Origin: Octopus vulgaris
Lineage: Eukaryota
Length of the DNA: 64,000 nucleotides
NCBI GenBank assembly: GCA_951406725.2
Contig: OX597826.1
Location: 31,372,001 to 31,436,000 of the forward strand
Reading direction: 5' to 3'
Shown here piece by piece: positions 63,132-64,000 of the stretch. How positions within the stretch are numbered: position 1 is the stretch's first letter; each line of letters begins with the position of its first letter. Position numbers and translations under genes: made by a program. The notes under the pieces were generated by a model. The model ran no database searches. It saw only the letters and a program-made list of their open reading frames with translations, and was not told the DNA's origin.

Positions 63132-63346
63132 GCTTGTCAATGGCTTGCTCTATTATGGATTGTCAATAAACTCTGTGAATTTTGCTGGCAATACTTACTT
63201 GAACTTCAGTTTGTCTGCTCTTGTGGAAATACCAGCTTATCTCTTGTGCATCCCCATGTTATCAAAACTGGGAAGGAAGAGAATTCTGTGTTTCTTCATG
63301 TTCCTCGGTGGCATCACATGCATAGCCAGCAGTCTTATGCCTCCAT
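63132..63346 (+). CDS. SLC22 transporter coding exon 6; gene continues past the window end
   Basis: 215 bp. LVNGLLYYGLSIN...YLNFSLSALVEIPAY...KLGRKR. GTAAGT donor. Confidence 0.93.
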
Positions 63347-63397
63347 GTAAGTCATTGTCGATTTGTAAATCTATCTTTCTCTTATTGTCTCTGCATG

Positions 63398-64000
<603 letters not shown>

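Overview
Eukaryotic, AT-rich, repeat-dense genomic DNA, most likely from an octopus (inferred from the SINE families and microsatellite load). It carries two divergently transcribed, intron-containing genes. On the minus strand are the first three coding exons of a DLGAP5/HURP-like mitotic spindle gene (18615 down to 1123), with a CCAAT/MYB/CHR-type promoter. On the plus strand are the first six coding exons of an SLC22 organic cation transporter (50075-63346). Both genes continue past the window edges. The rest is layered mobile DNA: a 5'-inverted (twin-primed) RTE LINE, a full-length L1/Tx1-type LINE with a nested mariner, a young non-coding tRNA-Trp-primed LTR element, Gypsy, CRE-like and Penelope-like relics, non-autonomous Helitrons, hAT, Merlin-like and TTAA MITEs, many SINEs and long microsatellites. 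The most notable observations are two unrelated LINEs inserted at the same position of the same SINE family, several hammerhead-like motifs, a repeated pseudoknot-like module in one SINE, and many long inverted repeats. Most short ORFs in the supplied track are repeat or microsatellite artefacts. All calls come from reading the sequence by eye; no database searches were run.
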